Source of the DNA: Gammaproteobacteria bacterium
GTDB lineage: Bacteria > Pseudomonadota > Gammaproteobacteria > UBA4575
Reading direction: 5' to 3'
DNA length: 57,877 bases
NCBI GenBank assembly: GCA_029253965.1
Contig: JAQWYM010000034.1
Coordinates: 1 to 57,877 of the forward strand
The stretch's first letter is position 1. The number at the start of each line of letters is the position of its first letter. The notes beneath the pieces are model-generated. The model saw only the letters and a program-made list of their open reading frames with translations. It searched no databases and was not told where the DNA came from. Of this stretch, positions 57,790 through 57,877 are shown in pieces. The translations under genes and the position numbers were made by a program.

Positions 57790-57877
57790 ATGGCGGAGAA
57801 GGAGGGATTCGAACCCTCGATAGAGCTATAAACCCTATACTCCCTTAGCAGGGGAGCGCCTTCAGCCGCTCGGCCAC
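57790..57877 (-). tRNA. tRNA-Ser (anticodon GCU), partial; the 5' acceptor strand lies beyond the window edge
   Basis: The reverse complement GTGGCCGAGCGGCTGAAGGCGCTCCCCTGCTAAGGGAG...GAGGGTTCGAATCCCTCCTTCTCCGCCA has a long variable arm and anticodon loop CUGCUAA. Confidence 0.8.

Noticed and set aside
1-57877. CRISPR arrays, rRNA genes, intact IS elements or transposases, and recognisable defence systems (RM, TA, Abi, CBASS-like)
   Set aside because: I scanned both strands for regularly spaced repeats, transposase/DDE motifs and typical defence-domain signatures. None was found beyond the integrase remnant and the tRNA repeat reported above.

Overview
This is a 57.9-kb, moderately AT-rich chromosomal window. 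The housekeeping genes look gammaproteobacterial, but the taxon cannot be fixed from sequence alone. Positions 1-22 kb are ordinary core genome: a VWA / J-domain / CbbO-NorD-like operon, an aminotransferase, a thioesterase, prc (interrupted by one in-frame TAG), TauE, TraB, YihY, moeB, mobAB, gltA, metX, dsbB, a mug-like glycosylase, a ferredoxin and a MerR regulator. Positions 23.2-43.3 kb form a ~20-kb lipid island. It holds the four-gene ceramide core known from Caulobacter: fatty acyl-AMP ligase, SDR reductase, dedicated ACP and an Spt-type oxoamine synthase. It also holds a GNAT-like candidate ceramide synthase and a di-iron hydroxylase. Around this core sit head-group and export genes that match no bacterial sphingolipid pathway I know. 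These are an operon of CDP-alcohol phosphatidyltransferase + DAG-kinase-family lipid kinase + Tam41/Mmp37-like nucleotidyltransferase, a metallophosphoesterase, an embedded LptF/LptG pair, two nucleotidyltransferases, and a glycosylation module (GT2, kinase-like protein, 2OG oxygenase, GT8-ELM1 fusion). The island ends at a 5'-truncated nif3 gene. Positions 43.3-57.9 kb are a mosaic: nif3 and usg/asd fragments, a GT2-GtrA-GT-C triple-fusion glycosyltransferase, a very AT-rich segment with a tandem-GT2 gene, and a GC-rich decayed islet. That islet is bounded by tRNA-Arg(UCG) and a 48-nt copy of its 3' half, and it contains an integrase remnant. Two tRNA-Arg genes, bcp and a partial tRNA-Ser close the window. 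No CRISPR, rRNA or intact IS element was seen. All family calls come from by-eye motif recognition and need HMM/BLAST confirmation.
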